DNA from: Comamonadaceae bacterium
Lineage (GTDB): Bacteria; Pseudomonadota; Gammaproteobacteria; Burkholderiales; Burkholderiaceae_C
NCBI GenBank assembly: GCA_947460165.1
Contig: CANHKH010000001.1
Location: 1 to 39,227, forward strand
Direction of reading: 5' to 3'
DNA length: 39,227 nt
Shown here: piece by piece, positions 1-8,406 of the stretch
How positions within the stretch are numbered: position 1 is the first letter of the stretch
Layout of the letters: the number at the start of each line of letters is the position of its first letter
Notes under the pieces: generated by a model
Told to the model about the DNA's origin: nothing
What the model saw: only the letters and a program-made list of their open reading frames with translations
Databases searched by the model: none
Position numbers and translations under genes: made by a program

Positions 1-113
1 CCTTTGAGCACGGCCGGAATGGCTTGTGCCTGGATGGGGGTGGGGGTGTCGTAGCCTTGCTCAAGCACGGCTTTAACGATGGCCGGAGCCAGGTTCAATT
101 CTTCAAAGGTCAT
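1..113 (-). CDS. rhlE: DEAD-box RNA helicase, N-terminal fragment (RhlE-like; runs off window)
   Basis: Manual translation from ATG at 113 gives [37 protein letters not shown], with the Q-motif (F..L.L ... GY..PTPIQ..AIP). Not in the ORF track because it is truncated. Paralog identity uncertain. Confidence 0.85.
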   Translation of the reverse strand, partial: MTFEELNLAPAIVKAVLEQGYDTPTPIQAQAIPAVLK

Positions 114-472
114 TGGGAAAGCGCCCTACCGGGCGCGGGGTTCGGCTCATCCGACTGCGTTGCAGTCGCCAGATTTGGCCGAGGGGTCAAAAAGAGGAGG
201 GCTTGCTCGGGCGTGGCCCGAATCCTCCCAGCAGAAGTGCTGATGTCCGCGGCAACTGGAGGCCGACGGTGCGTGCATTGTGGCACGGAACCCGGCGGGC
301 GCTTGAAAAGTCTGTCCCCCACTTGGCGCGCTGCCTGGCCCGCCTTGCCGGGCTTGGGCTGCGGCTTGGCGAAATCAGCCCAAGACTGACACCTGCGATG
401 ACCATTCAAAAAATGACTGGTTGGTTGCATTTATACTGCTGAGTCTTTATTTTTGCATTCTTTCCCCAAGCC

Positions 473-574
473 ATGAAAAACCACACTGCTTTGCCGGCCC
501 ATCTTGGCCTGCACGTCCAGCGCAGCGCTTGCATGGATGGCTTGGTCGGCCCCCACAAGCGGTGTGCGCTGTGA
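473..574 (+). CDS. possible 33-aa peptide (leader or first ORF)
   Basis: ATG 473 to TGA 574, MKNHTALPAHLGLHVQRSACMDGLVGPHKRCAL. Its stop overlaps the next GTG start (GTGA). No homology recognised. Confidence 0.3.
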   Translation: MKNHTALPAHLGLHVQRSACMDGLVGPHKRCAL

Positions 575-762
575 GCACGCCGGACCCCCGCTGCTGCGGC
601 ACTGACATGTGCATCATTGACGCCGAGGGCTGCTGCTGGTGCGGTCAGCGCTGGGATGGACAAAAAATGTGCAAACCTGCATTGCCGGGCGACTTGTCTG
701 AGGCTCAGACTTCGTCGCCTTCCGTCCCATTGACTGTTTCCAATCCCACACGACCCACATGA
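571..762 (+). CDS. 63-aa cysteine-rich miniprotein, putative metal-binding
   Basis: 3' part of ORF 421..762 from GTG 571: STPDPRCCGTDMCIIDAEGCCWCGQRWDGQKMC, 7 Cys in 27 aa. The stop overlaps the next ATG (ATGA 759-762). Confidence 0.55.
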   Translation: MSTPDPRCCGTDMCIIDAEGCCWCGQRWDGQKMCKPALPGDLSEAQTSSPSVPLTVSNPTRPT

Positions 763-1271
763 ATTTGCTCAACTCCCTTTTCCAAGCCGACGCCCTGGCC
801 GGTATGTTTCTAGAGGGCCACAACCCCAGTGCTCGGGCTAAATTGAGCGAGTCTGATGTGGACGCCATGCGCCAAAAGCTGCAAACCAGCGAGGCCTTGC
901 AGGCCTATGTGGTGGGCCGCGTGGTGGGTGCCGGTCAAGGGGTCTGGCTGCTGACCGATCAAGCTGTGGTTGTGCGCAACAGCGGCCACAAGGGCGCTGA
1001 GCGTTTGGTCTTGAACCAAGTGAGCCATTTTGAGTCGGTGCGTGGTCGTTTTGGCCATGTGGTGCGGCTCAAGGCGCAAGGACGCGGCCTCAGTTTGTAC
1101 GGCGTGGACCGCGAGTTGGCGGCGGCCATGCACAACGCTTTTGCGGGTCTGGGCATTCCCAGCTCGCACGAAGACAAAGAGGCGCGCAGCTGGTTCTGGC
1201 GCGAGGCCAGCACACCCAACTGGACCCAAGACGGTTTGATGGACGCCAAGCGCCGGCTCAGCCTGGCCTGA
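759..1271 (+). CDS. hypothetical protein, possibly bacterial PH-like domain
   Basis: 170-aa ATG ORF with protein-like composition. The beta-rich pattern G.W.LTD..V..R ... V..FE...G..G..V.L resembles bacterial PH domains (inference). Confidence 0.7.
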   Translation: MNLLNSLFQADALAGMFLEGHNPSARAKLSESDVDAMRQKLQTSEALQAYVVGRVVGAGQGVWLLTDQAVVVRNSGHKGAERLVLNQVSHFESVRGRFGHVVRLKAQGRGLSLYGVDRELAAAMHNAFAGLGIPSSHEDKEARSWFWREASTPNWTQDGLMDAKRRLSLA

Positions 1272-1280
1272 GCCGCCAGA

Positions 1281-2639
1281 TCAATTGGGCTTGTGCAGCG
1301 CCCGGTGAATCCGCTGGGTCATGCGCCACACGCCCCACAGCACCACAGGCACAGCCGCACCCACGGCCATGGTCGGGTTGATGGGCAGACCTGCTTCTTG
1401 CGCCGCTTTGGTGGCGTACAGCAGCAAGCTGATCACGTAATACGTGATGGCGGCAATCGACAAGCCCTCCACCGTGGTTTGCAAGCGCAGCTGCAGCTCT
1501 TGTCCACGGGTGAGTTTTTCAAGCAGCTGGCGGTTTTGCTCCTCAGTGGCAATGTCCACGCGGGTGCGCAGCAAGCCACTGGCGCGTGAAATCCTTTCGG
1601 CCAAGGACTCCAGCCGCTGGGCCGTGGCCGCCACCGTGGCCATGGCCGGTGACAGCCGTTTGCGCATGAACTCGCCCAAGGTTTGGGTGCCATGCACCGG
1701 GCTCTCGCGCAACTCGGCCAGCCGCTGCTCGACCAGCGCTGCATAGGCCTGTGTCGCTGAAAAGCGGTAATTGTGTTCGGCGGTGGCCCGCTCCACGCCT
1801 GCGGCCAGCGAGGCCAGTTGGTCCAGCAGCTCTCGGTCGGTGGCGCTTTTGTTCTCCAGCCGGCAGGTGATGTCCAAGAGCTGATTCTCAGAAAGACTGA
1901 GCTCTGGACCGAGTTTTTTGGCCACCGGCAAGCCGCGCAAGGCCATCAAGCGGTAGGTCTCTACCTCCAGCAGGCGTTGCGAAATCCGGCCTACCCGCTC
2001 TGGCGTGATGCTTGACGGCGCCACCACCAGCATGCGCTCAAAGCCGTCAGCGCCCATCTGGAAATCGCTGACAGCCCAGGAGTGCACGCGGGTGCCCATC
2101 ATGGAGGCGACCACAGAGCCGTCGCCAAACCATTGGCGCGCCAAGGCCAAGGTCTCTTCAAGCTGCGAAGGGTCGCCCTGCACCATGGCCAGCTGCACGG
2201 CGGCCATGGTTTGACCGGGAATGCCGGCCAGCCAGTCCAGTGGCACCATCAATTCCGACAGCAGGTCTGGCCGGTTGGCGCCCAGGTAGGCGTGTTCGGG
2301 CAGGTGTTGCACGATGGAGTAGCGCGTGAATTCGGTGTGCCGCTCCCATTTGACCGTGTGCGTGGCAAAGCGCAAGCGCAAAAAATTGCCCGTCAGCAGT
2401 TCTGCGGCCAGGTGCTCCTGGCCAGGCAATCGCCGCAGGTGCGCACTTTCTTGCTCGCGGCTCACGCCCTCGTTGAGCACAGCCACGTAGACCACCAAGG
2501 CTGGGATGCGTATGCGCGCAGTCGGCCGGGCATGCAATTCGTTGTGCAGCAAGCTGCGCTGCGCATGGTCGGCGGGCAGCCATTGGGAGCGGCTGGCAGA
2601 TGGCTGCAGGCTGGCAGGTGGCGTGAGGCTGGCTGACAT
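1281..2639 (-). CDS. DUF3422 family membrane-anchored protein
   Basis: N-terminal DHAQR..LHNELHARP, WERHTEF, QRLLEVETYR.MAL, RFSAT.AY, RLQ.TVEGLS.AAI.YY and two C-terminal TM helices. Confidence 0.9.
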   Translation of the reverse strand: MSASLTPPASLQPSASRSQWLPADHAQRSLLHNELHARPTARIRIPALVVYVAVLNEGVSREQESAHLRRLPGQEHLAAELLTGNFLRLRFATHTVKWERHTEFTRYSIVQHLPEHAYLGANRPDLLSELMVPLDWLAGIPGQTMAAVQLAMVQGDPSQLEETLALARQWFGDGSVVASMMGTRVHSWAVSDFQMGADGFERMLVVAPSSITPERVGRISQRLLEVETYRLMALRGLPVAKKLGPELSLSENQLLDITCRLENKSATDRELLDQLASLAAGVERATAEHNYRFSATQAYAALVEQRLAELRESPVHGTQTLGEFMRKRLSPAMATVAATAQRLESLAERISRASGLLRTRVDIATEEQNRQLLEKLTRGQELQLRLQTTVEGLSIAAITYYVISLLLYATKAAQEAGLPINPTMAVGAAVPVVLWGVWRMTQRIHRALHKPN

Positions 2640-2731
2640 GGGGCTATCCGTTGAGCAAAGGCAAGCCGGCGCCTGCCGTGGAAGAATTCAGCTGCCCAGC
2701 GTGTGGACTGGGCTGGGAGTCAAACATGGGC

Positions 2732-2863
2732 ATGTGGATTGAGCTGGGTATTTTTGTGCTGGTCATCGTGTGGGGGCTGTGGCAGTTGCACGATGTCAAA
2801 AAGGCCAAGGCCAAAACCCAGGCCGACAAAGCCCGACAAACCCGTGAGCCGGGCTCGCCCTGA
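2732..2863 (+). CDS. small single-TM membrane protein (43 aa)
   Basis: MWIELGIFVLVIVWGLWQLHDVKKAKAKTQADKAR: hydrophobic helix plus basic tail. Alternative ATG at 2726. Confidence 0.55.
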   Translation: MWIELGIFVLVIVWGLWQLHDVKKAKAKTQADKARQTREPGSP

Positions 2864-2898
2864 GGGAACCTGCGGCATGGGAAAAACATGCCTGCCTC

Positions 2899-3909
2899 TC
2901 ATGCTGCGTCTAAAAAAGCTTGGTAGTCGGCGCAAAACAACTCGGTTTGTTCAAAGTAAGGCATGGCGCCAGTTTGGAACACGCTGATGCGCCAGTTGGG
3001 TTTGTCCGCCACCAAGGTTTTCTGCGCGTAGTCCGTGAAGTCGCCGCGCACGCCGTGCGACATCCAGGTGGGCGACTGGAGTGCTTCGTACACATTTTGG
3101 ATGTCCCGGCTGAACAGCCCCCCGGAGATGAAGTGCAAAGGCGCGTGTTCGGCCCCAGGCTGTTGCGCGGTGGCCACGGCGTAGCGCCACATGGGCTCGT
3201 CAATGGCGGTGGAGCCCCAGGTTTTGTTGAGGAAAAAGCGAATCACGCCTGGCCGGGTGAGGCCCTTGAAAAGCAAACCGCCCCAGCCTGGACCGCGCAA
3301 GGCACTCAGCAGCCAGGGCATGGCCAAGGTGCTGCCCTCAGGGCCTCGGCGTTTGTCTTTGCGGCCCAAGCCCGTGGGGCTGACCAGCGCCACGCTGCGG
3401 TAATGCGCGGGCTCTTCGGTGGCTGCGCGCGCCAAAAATTCGCTGGACAGAGACACCGCCAGGGCGTCCACCGCCTGCGCGCCCGTGCGCTGCCGGATCA
3501 AGGCGGTGGCCGCATGCAAAGCGTCAGTCATCACCCGGGGGGTGTAGGCGCGATCGCTGCGGTCCGACAGGCCGTAGCCGGGCAGGTCTATGGAAAACAC
3601 GGTGCGCGTGCGTTCAAAGTGATCATGCAGTGGTCGCACCTCAGCGGCCGAGGCGGCGGCGTTCACGCTGTGGATCAGCAACAGGGGCGGACCCTCGCCT
3701 GCCATGTACAAGTTGACGGGCAGGCCGCCGCTTTGAAAGCTCAGGCGTTCACCCTTCAGGGCGGGTTCAAGTGTGGTGGGCATGGCAGCTTCGGTGGGTT
3801 GGGCCAAGGCCAAGGGCGAGGCAAGCGTGGCGGCCATGCTGGCCGTCCAAGCGGACCACACCAGCCATTCGCGTCGGCGAAGGCCCTGGACTCCGCCAGT
3901 CGGGGGCAT
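2899..3909 (-). CDS. alpha/beta-hydrolase fold protein with putative Tat signal
   Basis: GPPLLLIHS, IDLPGYGLSDR, nucleophile elbow AVSLS. Start taken at ATG 3909 (MPPTGG..LRRREWL..ALA|Q); ATG 3783 is an alternative. Confidence 0.85.
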   Translation of the reverse strand: MPPTGGVQGLRRREWLVWSAWTASMAATLASPLALAQPTEAAMPTTLEPALKGERLSFQSGGLPVNLYMAGEGPPLLLIHSVNAAASAAEVRPLHDHFERTRTVFSIDLPGYGLSDRSDRAYTPRVMTDALHAATALIRQRTGAQAVDALAVSLSSEFLARAATEEPAHYRSVALVSPTGLGRKDKRRGPEGSTLAMPWLLSALRGPGWGGLLFKGLTRPGVIRFFLNKTWGSTAIDEPMWRYAVATAQQPGAEHAPLHFISGGLFSRDIQNVYEALQSPTWMSHGVRGDFTDYAQKTLVADKPNWRISVFQTGAMPYFEQTELFCADYQAFLDAA

Positions 3910-4213
3910 CAGGGCATGCCCGCCTGCAAGCGCCGGTTCGGCGCTAGCGGCTTGCGCCTTGGTCGCTGGGCGAAGGTTGAACAAATCAGTGTGTGGCGAA
4001 AACAAATCTTTACCTTTATGGGTCGTCAGAGCCCTGTGTGGCTGGCCATGATCGACCAGTCGCATGCCTGGAGCACAACTGTGGTCATCCGTGCATCAGG
4101 CAGACTGAGCAGGTGCTTGCCTTGCTCGGGTATTGGGTCAGGTCGTTGCGTGCCTCAATAGGCTGGTTATAAACTACCTGTCCAGATTCTCAATCTTCAA
4201 CAGGGCTTTCCCC

Positions 4214-4522
4214 ATGAAAAACTCCAACCGCCGCGTTTTTATCTGCCAAGCCATCACTGCTTCGTCTGCGGTGCTCGCCACCCAGGCCATGGCCCAAGCC
4301 AAGCTTGATGAAAAAGACGCCCAGGCCGTGACCTTGGGTTACATGCACGACACCACCAAAATCGACAACAAAAAATACCCCAAGCATGCGGCTGCCCAAA
4401 AATGCAGCAACTGTGCTTTGTTCGCGGGCAAGCCCACGGACGCCTGGGCAGCTTGCCCCTTGTTCGCCGGCAAGCAAGTGGCCGGCAATGGCTGGTGCAG
4501 CGCTTACGCCAAAAAGGGCTGA
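4214..4522 (+). CDS. hip: high-potential iron-sulfur protein (HiPIP)
   Basis: Tat signal NRRVFI..AMA|Q; LGY..D, CSNC..F, C.LF.GK.V...GWCSAY give the four 4Fe-4S Cys ligands. Confidence 0.95.
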   Translation: MKNSNRRVFICQAITASSAVLATQAMAQAKLDEKDAQAVTLGYMHDTTKIDNKKYPKHAAAQKCSNCALFAGKPTDAWAACPLFAGKQVAGNGWCSAYAKKG

Positions 4523-4575
4523 GCCTAGCGAGTGCGCCTTGAGGCGCTTTAAAAGCGCTGACTCAGGTACATGCC

Positions 4576-4608
4576 AACGCCGCACTGGGCTCCATGTGCG
4601 GCGTTTTC
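4576..4608 (+). terminator. intrinsic terminator hairpin between convergent hip and orf94
   Basis: Perfect 10-bp stem AACGCCGCAC-N10-GTGCGGCGTT running into TTTT. Confidence 0.6.
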
Positions 4609-4891
4609 ACGTCTGCTCGGCTGATCTCGCACGCAGCCTGAGCCACAGGTCTGCGCCGTGCGCGCAGCCTGCAGCCATCAGGCACAAAGCCGTCAAGGGC
4701 CAATCGGTGCCCATGACCACGGTTTTGATGCCCGTCATCAGGCACAGGCCAGACACCAAATTGAGCAGGTAGTCTTGGGGCTTGAGGCCCCGGCCTGTGA
4801 GGCGGTGGTAGGCCCATAAACCGGCGGTCTCCAGCACGGTCAGTATCAAAATCGCGTCCACCAAGCGGGCGCCGCTCCAAAACTCAGCCAT
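4607..4891 (-). CDS. small membrane protein of unknown function downstream of bchP
   Basis: 94-aa hydrophobic ORF with about 3 TM segments (NLVSGLCLM, HGADLWLR), co-oriented 47 nt after bchP. Confidence 0.75.
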   Translation of the reverse strand: MAEFWSGARLVDAILILTVLETAGLWAYHRLTGRGLKPQDYLLNLVSGLCLMTGIKTVVMGTDWPLTALCLMAAGCAHGADLWLRLRARSAEQT

Positions 4892-4938
4892 CAGCCTTCA
4901 TCGCTCAGGCGTGAGCCACATCACCTTCAGTGCGGCAC

Positions 4939-6144
4939 TCACACCCTGGCCATGCCCAGCAGGTGGGCCACGTCCTTGAAGAAGATGCGCACATGGGCCA
5001 TGGGTTTTTTGCGCGCCAATTCCTTGTTCATGTAGGACTCAAAAGTCAGTTGCTGCACATCGCGGTCTTCGCAAATTTTGACGAAGCGCTCGCGCCTGCG
5101 GTCATTGCTGTACCAAAACCACTGCATCATGCCCAGCACCCAGAACACGGTGCCGTGTTTTTTCATAAATCGCTGTCTGGCGATCTTGAGCTGGCGCGCA
5201 TCACCGGTTTGCAAAAAGGCGTGGGCCGCCTCTGCGGCCAATTGTCCGCCCAGCATGGCGTAGTAAATGCCTTCGCCGGAGGCCGGCGCCACCACACCAG
5301 CGGCGTCGCCTGCCAGCACCACGTCACGGCCGTTGTCCCAGCGGGGCAGCGGTTTCATGGGAATGGGCGCGCCTTCTCGGCGCAGGGTTTCGGTCTGGCC
5401 CAGGCCACTGGCTTTGCGCAGCTCGGCCACGGCCCCGCGCAGGGAAAAGCCCCGGTCGGCGCTGCCCGTGCCAATGCTCAAGGTGTCGCCATGGGGAAAC
5501 ACCCAGCCATAAAAATCGGGCGAGAGTTTGCCGTCGTAGACCACGTCGCAGCGGGTGGGGTCGTAGCCGGCGGGCTTGACCTCGGGTGTGCGCACAATCT
5601 CGTGGTAGGCAAACACATAGCGGCCCTTCTCGGCGCCGGGCACGCACTGGCGCGCCACTTCAGAGCGGGCGCCATCGGCGCCAATGATGCTGCGGGCACG
5701 CACGCAGGTGGGCGTGCCTTCGGCGCGGTTGTGTTTGGGGCGGGCCACGAAATGCACCTCGCTGACCCCGTCGGCGCCAGGCGCGATCTTCACAAAAGTG
5801 CCGACCTGGCGCACCGCACCACTGTGGGCCGCGCGCTGTCTCAGCCACTCGTCGAACTCGTCGCGGTTGACCATGCCCACAAAGCCGTTGTCGATGGGGA
5901 TGTCCACATGTTTGCGCGAAGGCGCCACCATGCGCGCCGACCTGGCGCGGGCCACCAACAAGGCGTCGGGAATCTCAAAGTCCTTGATCAACCGGGGTGG
6001 AATGGCGCCGCCGCAGGGCTTGATGCGGCCTGCCCGGTCCAGCAAGAGCACAGTGTGGCCTTGTCTGGCCATTTCATGGGCAGCGGTGGCCCCGGCAGGA
6101 CCTCCGCCGATGACGACCACGTCATAAGTTTCAGTAGGGTGCAT
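4939..6144 (-). CDS. bchP: geranylgeranyl reductase
   Basis: YDVVVIGGGPAGATAA FAD motif, RIKPCGGAIPP, FYGWVFPHG, LAGDAAGVVAPASGEGIYYA. ATG 6144. Confidence 0.97.
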   Translation of the reverse strand: MHPTETYDVVVIGGGPAGATAAHEMARQGHTVLLLDRAGRIKPCGGAIPPRLIKDFEIPDALLVARARSARMVAPSRKHVDIPIDNGFVGMVNRDEFDEWLRQRAAHSGAVRQVGTFVKIAPGADGVSEVHFVARPKHNRAEGTPTCVRARSIIGADGARSEVARQCVPGAEKGRYVFAYHEIVRTPEVKPAGYDPTRCDVVYDGKLSPDFYGWVFPHGDTLSIGTGSADRGFSLRGAVAELRKASGLGQTETLRREGAPIPMKPLPRWDNGRDVVLAGDAAGVVAPASGEGIYYAMLGGQLAAEAAHAFLQTGDARQLKIARQRFMKKHGTVFWVLGMMQWFWYSNDRRRERFVKICEDRDVQQLTFESYMNKELARKKPMAHVRIFFKDVAHLLGMARV

Positions 6145-7513
6145 GCTGTACTCGCTTGAGGTGAGGGGATGGAAAGTCAAGGTCGGCTGCAGGCCCTGAT
6201 GGGGCCGCAGCGCGGCCTATCTTCAGGGCCAGCAGGGCGGAGAAAATGAACAGGCCCGCTTCCAGGGCAAATACCCAGGCATAGGCCAGACCAGGGCTGG
6301 CCACCAGCCAATGGGCCAGGTCGCTGGCGCCCGTGCCCACCAAGCCGCCCAGACCAAAGGCCACGGCCTGGGCGGCGCCCCACAGGCCCATGCGTATGCC
6401 TTCTCGGGCATGGCGCCCTTCGCTGGCCAAACGCATCATGGAGCCGATGGCGCCAATCGAAAAAGCCCCGTTGGCCACGCCCAAAGCAAACACCGTGGGC
6501 TGCAGCGGCCAGGCGCTGCCCAGCACACCTCCGGCCACCAAGCCGGCCAAAGCCAAGGCCGAGGCCAGGCAGCCGCCAATGGTCCAGGCGCGCAAGGAGC
6601 CCAGGCGCGACAGCACAGGATGTTGCGGGTAGCGGGCGGCCAGGCCGCCGGCCAAGGCGACCAGCACCATGCCCAACAACACGCCGCCATGTTGCAGGCC
6701 AGACAGCTGGGTCGAGGCCCCGGGCGTGTAGCCGTACACCGTGCCGGCAAAGGGCTCCAGAATCAGGTCTTGCGCGCTGTAGGCCAGCATGGAGATGAAT
6801 ACAAAAATGGTGAAGCGCCTGGCCACCGGCTCGGCCCACACCTGATGCAGCGCCTGCCAAAAGCCCAGGGCCTGGCTGGCCGCTGGAGCCACAGGGCTGG
6901 GTGCTGGGGCTTGGCCTTCGAGGCCGCGCAAAGCCAGCACGGTCAGGCCCAGAGCCAACAAAGACACCGTGCCTGTCACGCGCATGAGCTGCGCCGGGGA
7001 GTAAGGGTCCAGCCAGTGACCGGCCAGCCCTGCCGTGATGGCAAAGCCGGCGATCATCATCATCCACACCATGGTGGCCGCGCCCGGCCGACGTTGTTCA
7101 GGCACGCGCTTGGCCAGCAGCACCAGCAAAGAGGTGCCGCAGGCGCTCACGCCCAGGCCCACCATCAAAAAGCCCAGCGTGGCCACGGCCAGGCCCGCAT
7201 AAAGTTGCGTGGCCATCCAGATGGTGCCAGCCGCGGCCGTGATGCCGCCCAGGCCCAGGGTGGCCATGCCGCCAATGATCCAGGGCGTGCGGCGCCCGCC
7301 CACATCGGAGCCGTGACCCATGCGCGGCCGCGTGACCTGCACCGCGTAATGCAGCGCCACCAAGACACCGGGCAACAAGGCGGGCAGCGCCAGCTCCACC
7401 ACCATGATGCGGTTGAGCGTGGAGGTGGTCAGCACCACAATGGCGCCCAGACAGGCTTGCACCAAGCCCAGGCGCGCAATGTGCTGCCAGCCAAAATTTT
7501 GGGCTGTGTTCAT
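6131..7513 (-). CDS. PucC/BCD-family MFS transporter (bchG-bchP intervening gene, orf428/Bch2 type)
   Basis: RLGLVQACLGAIVVL..STLNRIMVVEL.LP, SDVGGRRTPWIIGG, QDLILEPFAG, GLWGAAQA. ATG 7513 overlaps the bchG stop. Confidence 0.93.
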   Translation of the reverse strand: MNTAQNFGWQHIARLGLVQACLGAIVVLTTSTLNRIMVVELALPALLPGVLVALHYAVQVTRPRMGHGSDVGGRRTPWIIGGMATLGLGGITAAAGTIWMATQLYAGLAVATLGFLMVGLGVSACGTSLLVLLAKRVPEQRRPGAATMVWMMMIAGFAITAGLAGHWLDPYSPAQLMRVTGTVSLLALGLTVLALRGLEGQAPAPSPVAPAASQALGFWQALHQVWAEPVARRFTIFVFISMLAYSAQDLILEPFAGTVYGYTPGASTQLSGLQHGGVLLGMVLVALAGGLAARYPQHPVLSRLGSLRAWTIGGCLASALALAGLVAGGVLGSAWPLQPTVFALGVANGAFSIGAIGSMMRLASEGRHAREGIRMGLWGAAQAVAFGLGGLVGTGASDLAHWLVASPGLAYAWVFALEAGLFIFSALLALKIGRAAAPSGPAADLDFPSPHLKRVQHAPY

Positions 7514-8400
7514 GGCGCCAAGCCTTGGGTGATGGAGCGCAGCGCAAAGGCGCTGACCATCATGCCCGCCACCAGCAAGGGCACGCCAAAACCGCTGTAC
7601 CACAGGGCCCGGGCGGTGGGGTCTTGCACAAAGCGGCGCATCAAAAACACCTGAGCCAGCAGCAAAGCGGCCACGGCCAGCGCGTGCCAGGGGCGCTGCC
7701 ATTGAATCAGCAAGGCGATCACCACCCACTGCGGCACCACCATGACCCAGCAAGCCACGCGGGCAGCGCGGTCCACCCCCAGCTGCACCGGCAGGGAACG
7801 CACACCCATTTGGCGGTCCCCCTGCACGGCCTTGAAGTCATTGAGCGTCATGATGCCGTGGGTGGCGGCGCTGTACAGCGCGGCCAAGGCCAGCGACTCG
7901 CCATGCGGCATGCTGCCGCCGGCCATCACGGCCGCGCCTGTGATCCAGGCGATGCCCTCGTAGCTGATGCCGCAGGCCGCATTGCCCCACCAGCCGTTTT
8001 GCTTGAGCCGCACTGGCGGTGCGCTGTAGGCCCAGGCCAGCAGCAGGCCCAGCGCGGCCGCGCCAAAGCCCCAGGGGCCCAGCAAGGTGGCCACCGCCAA
8101 AGAAATGGCGGTCCAGATGACGGCCAGGTACAGGCCCCAGCGGCCGGGCATGCGGCCTGAAGGAATGGGGCGGTGGGGTTCGTTGATGGCGTCCACATGC
8201 CGGTCGAACCAATCGTTGACGGCTTGGCTGGTGGCGCACACCAAGGGGCCGGCCAGCGCGATGCCGATCAGCGCCAGCCCCCAGCGGCCGTCCATGGCCA
8301 CCCCTGAGGCGACCACCCCGCAGGCAAAGGCCCACATGGGCGGGAACCAGGTGATGGGCTTGAACAACTCAGTGACCGTGAGCAGGGAAGGGCGAGACAT
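7510..8400 (-). CDS. bchG: bacteriochlorophyll synthase
   Basis: ELFKPITWFPPMWAF.CG, NDWFDRHVDAINEP.RPIPSGR, YSAPP.RLKQNGWWGN, NDFKA..GD (UbiA family). Confidence 0.97.
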   Translation of the reverse strand: MSRPSLLTVTELFKPITWFPPMWAFACGVVASGVAMDGRWGLALIGIALAGPLVCATSQAVNDWFDRHVDAINEPHRPIPSGRMPGRWGLYLAVIWTAISLAVATLLGPWGFGAAALGLLLAWAYSAPPVRLKQNGWWGNAACGISYEGIAWITGAAVMAGGSMPHGESLALAALYSAATHGIMTLNDFKAVQGDRQMGVRSLPVQLGVDRAARVACWVMVVPQWVVIALLIQWQRPWHALAVAALLLAQVFLMRRFVQDPTARALWYSGFGVPLLVAGMMVSAFALRSITQGLAP

Positions 8401-8406
8401 GCCCCG

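Noticed and set aside
2899-3909. Calling the alpha/beta hydrolase bchO
   Set aside because: It is not adjacent to bchI/bchD and lacks the GHSAG-type elbow I would expect for BchO.
7514-7753. N-terminal extension of the PucC-family ORF into bchG (also puhC 22812-23009 and HiPIP 4133-4213)
   Set aside because: Downstream ATGs match the family N-termini and operon coupling, unlike the crtC case.
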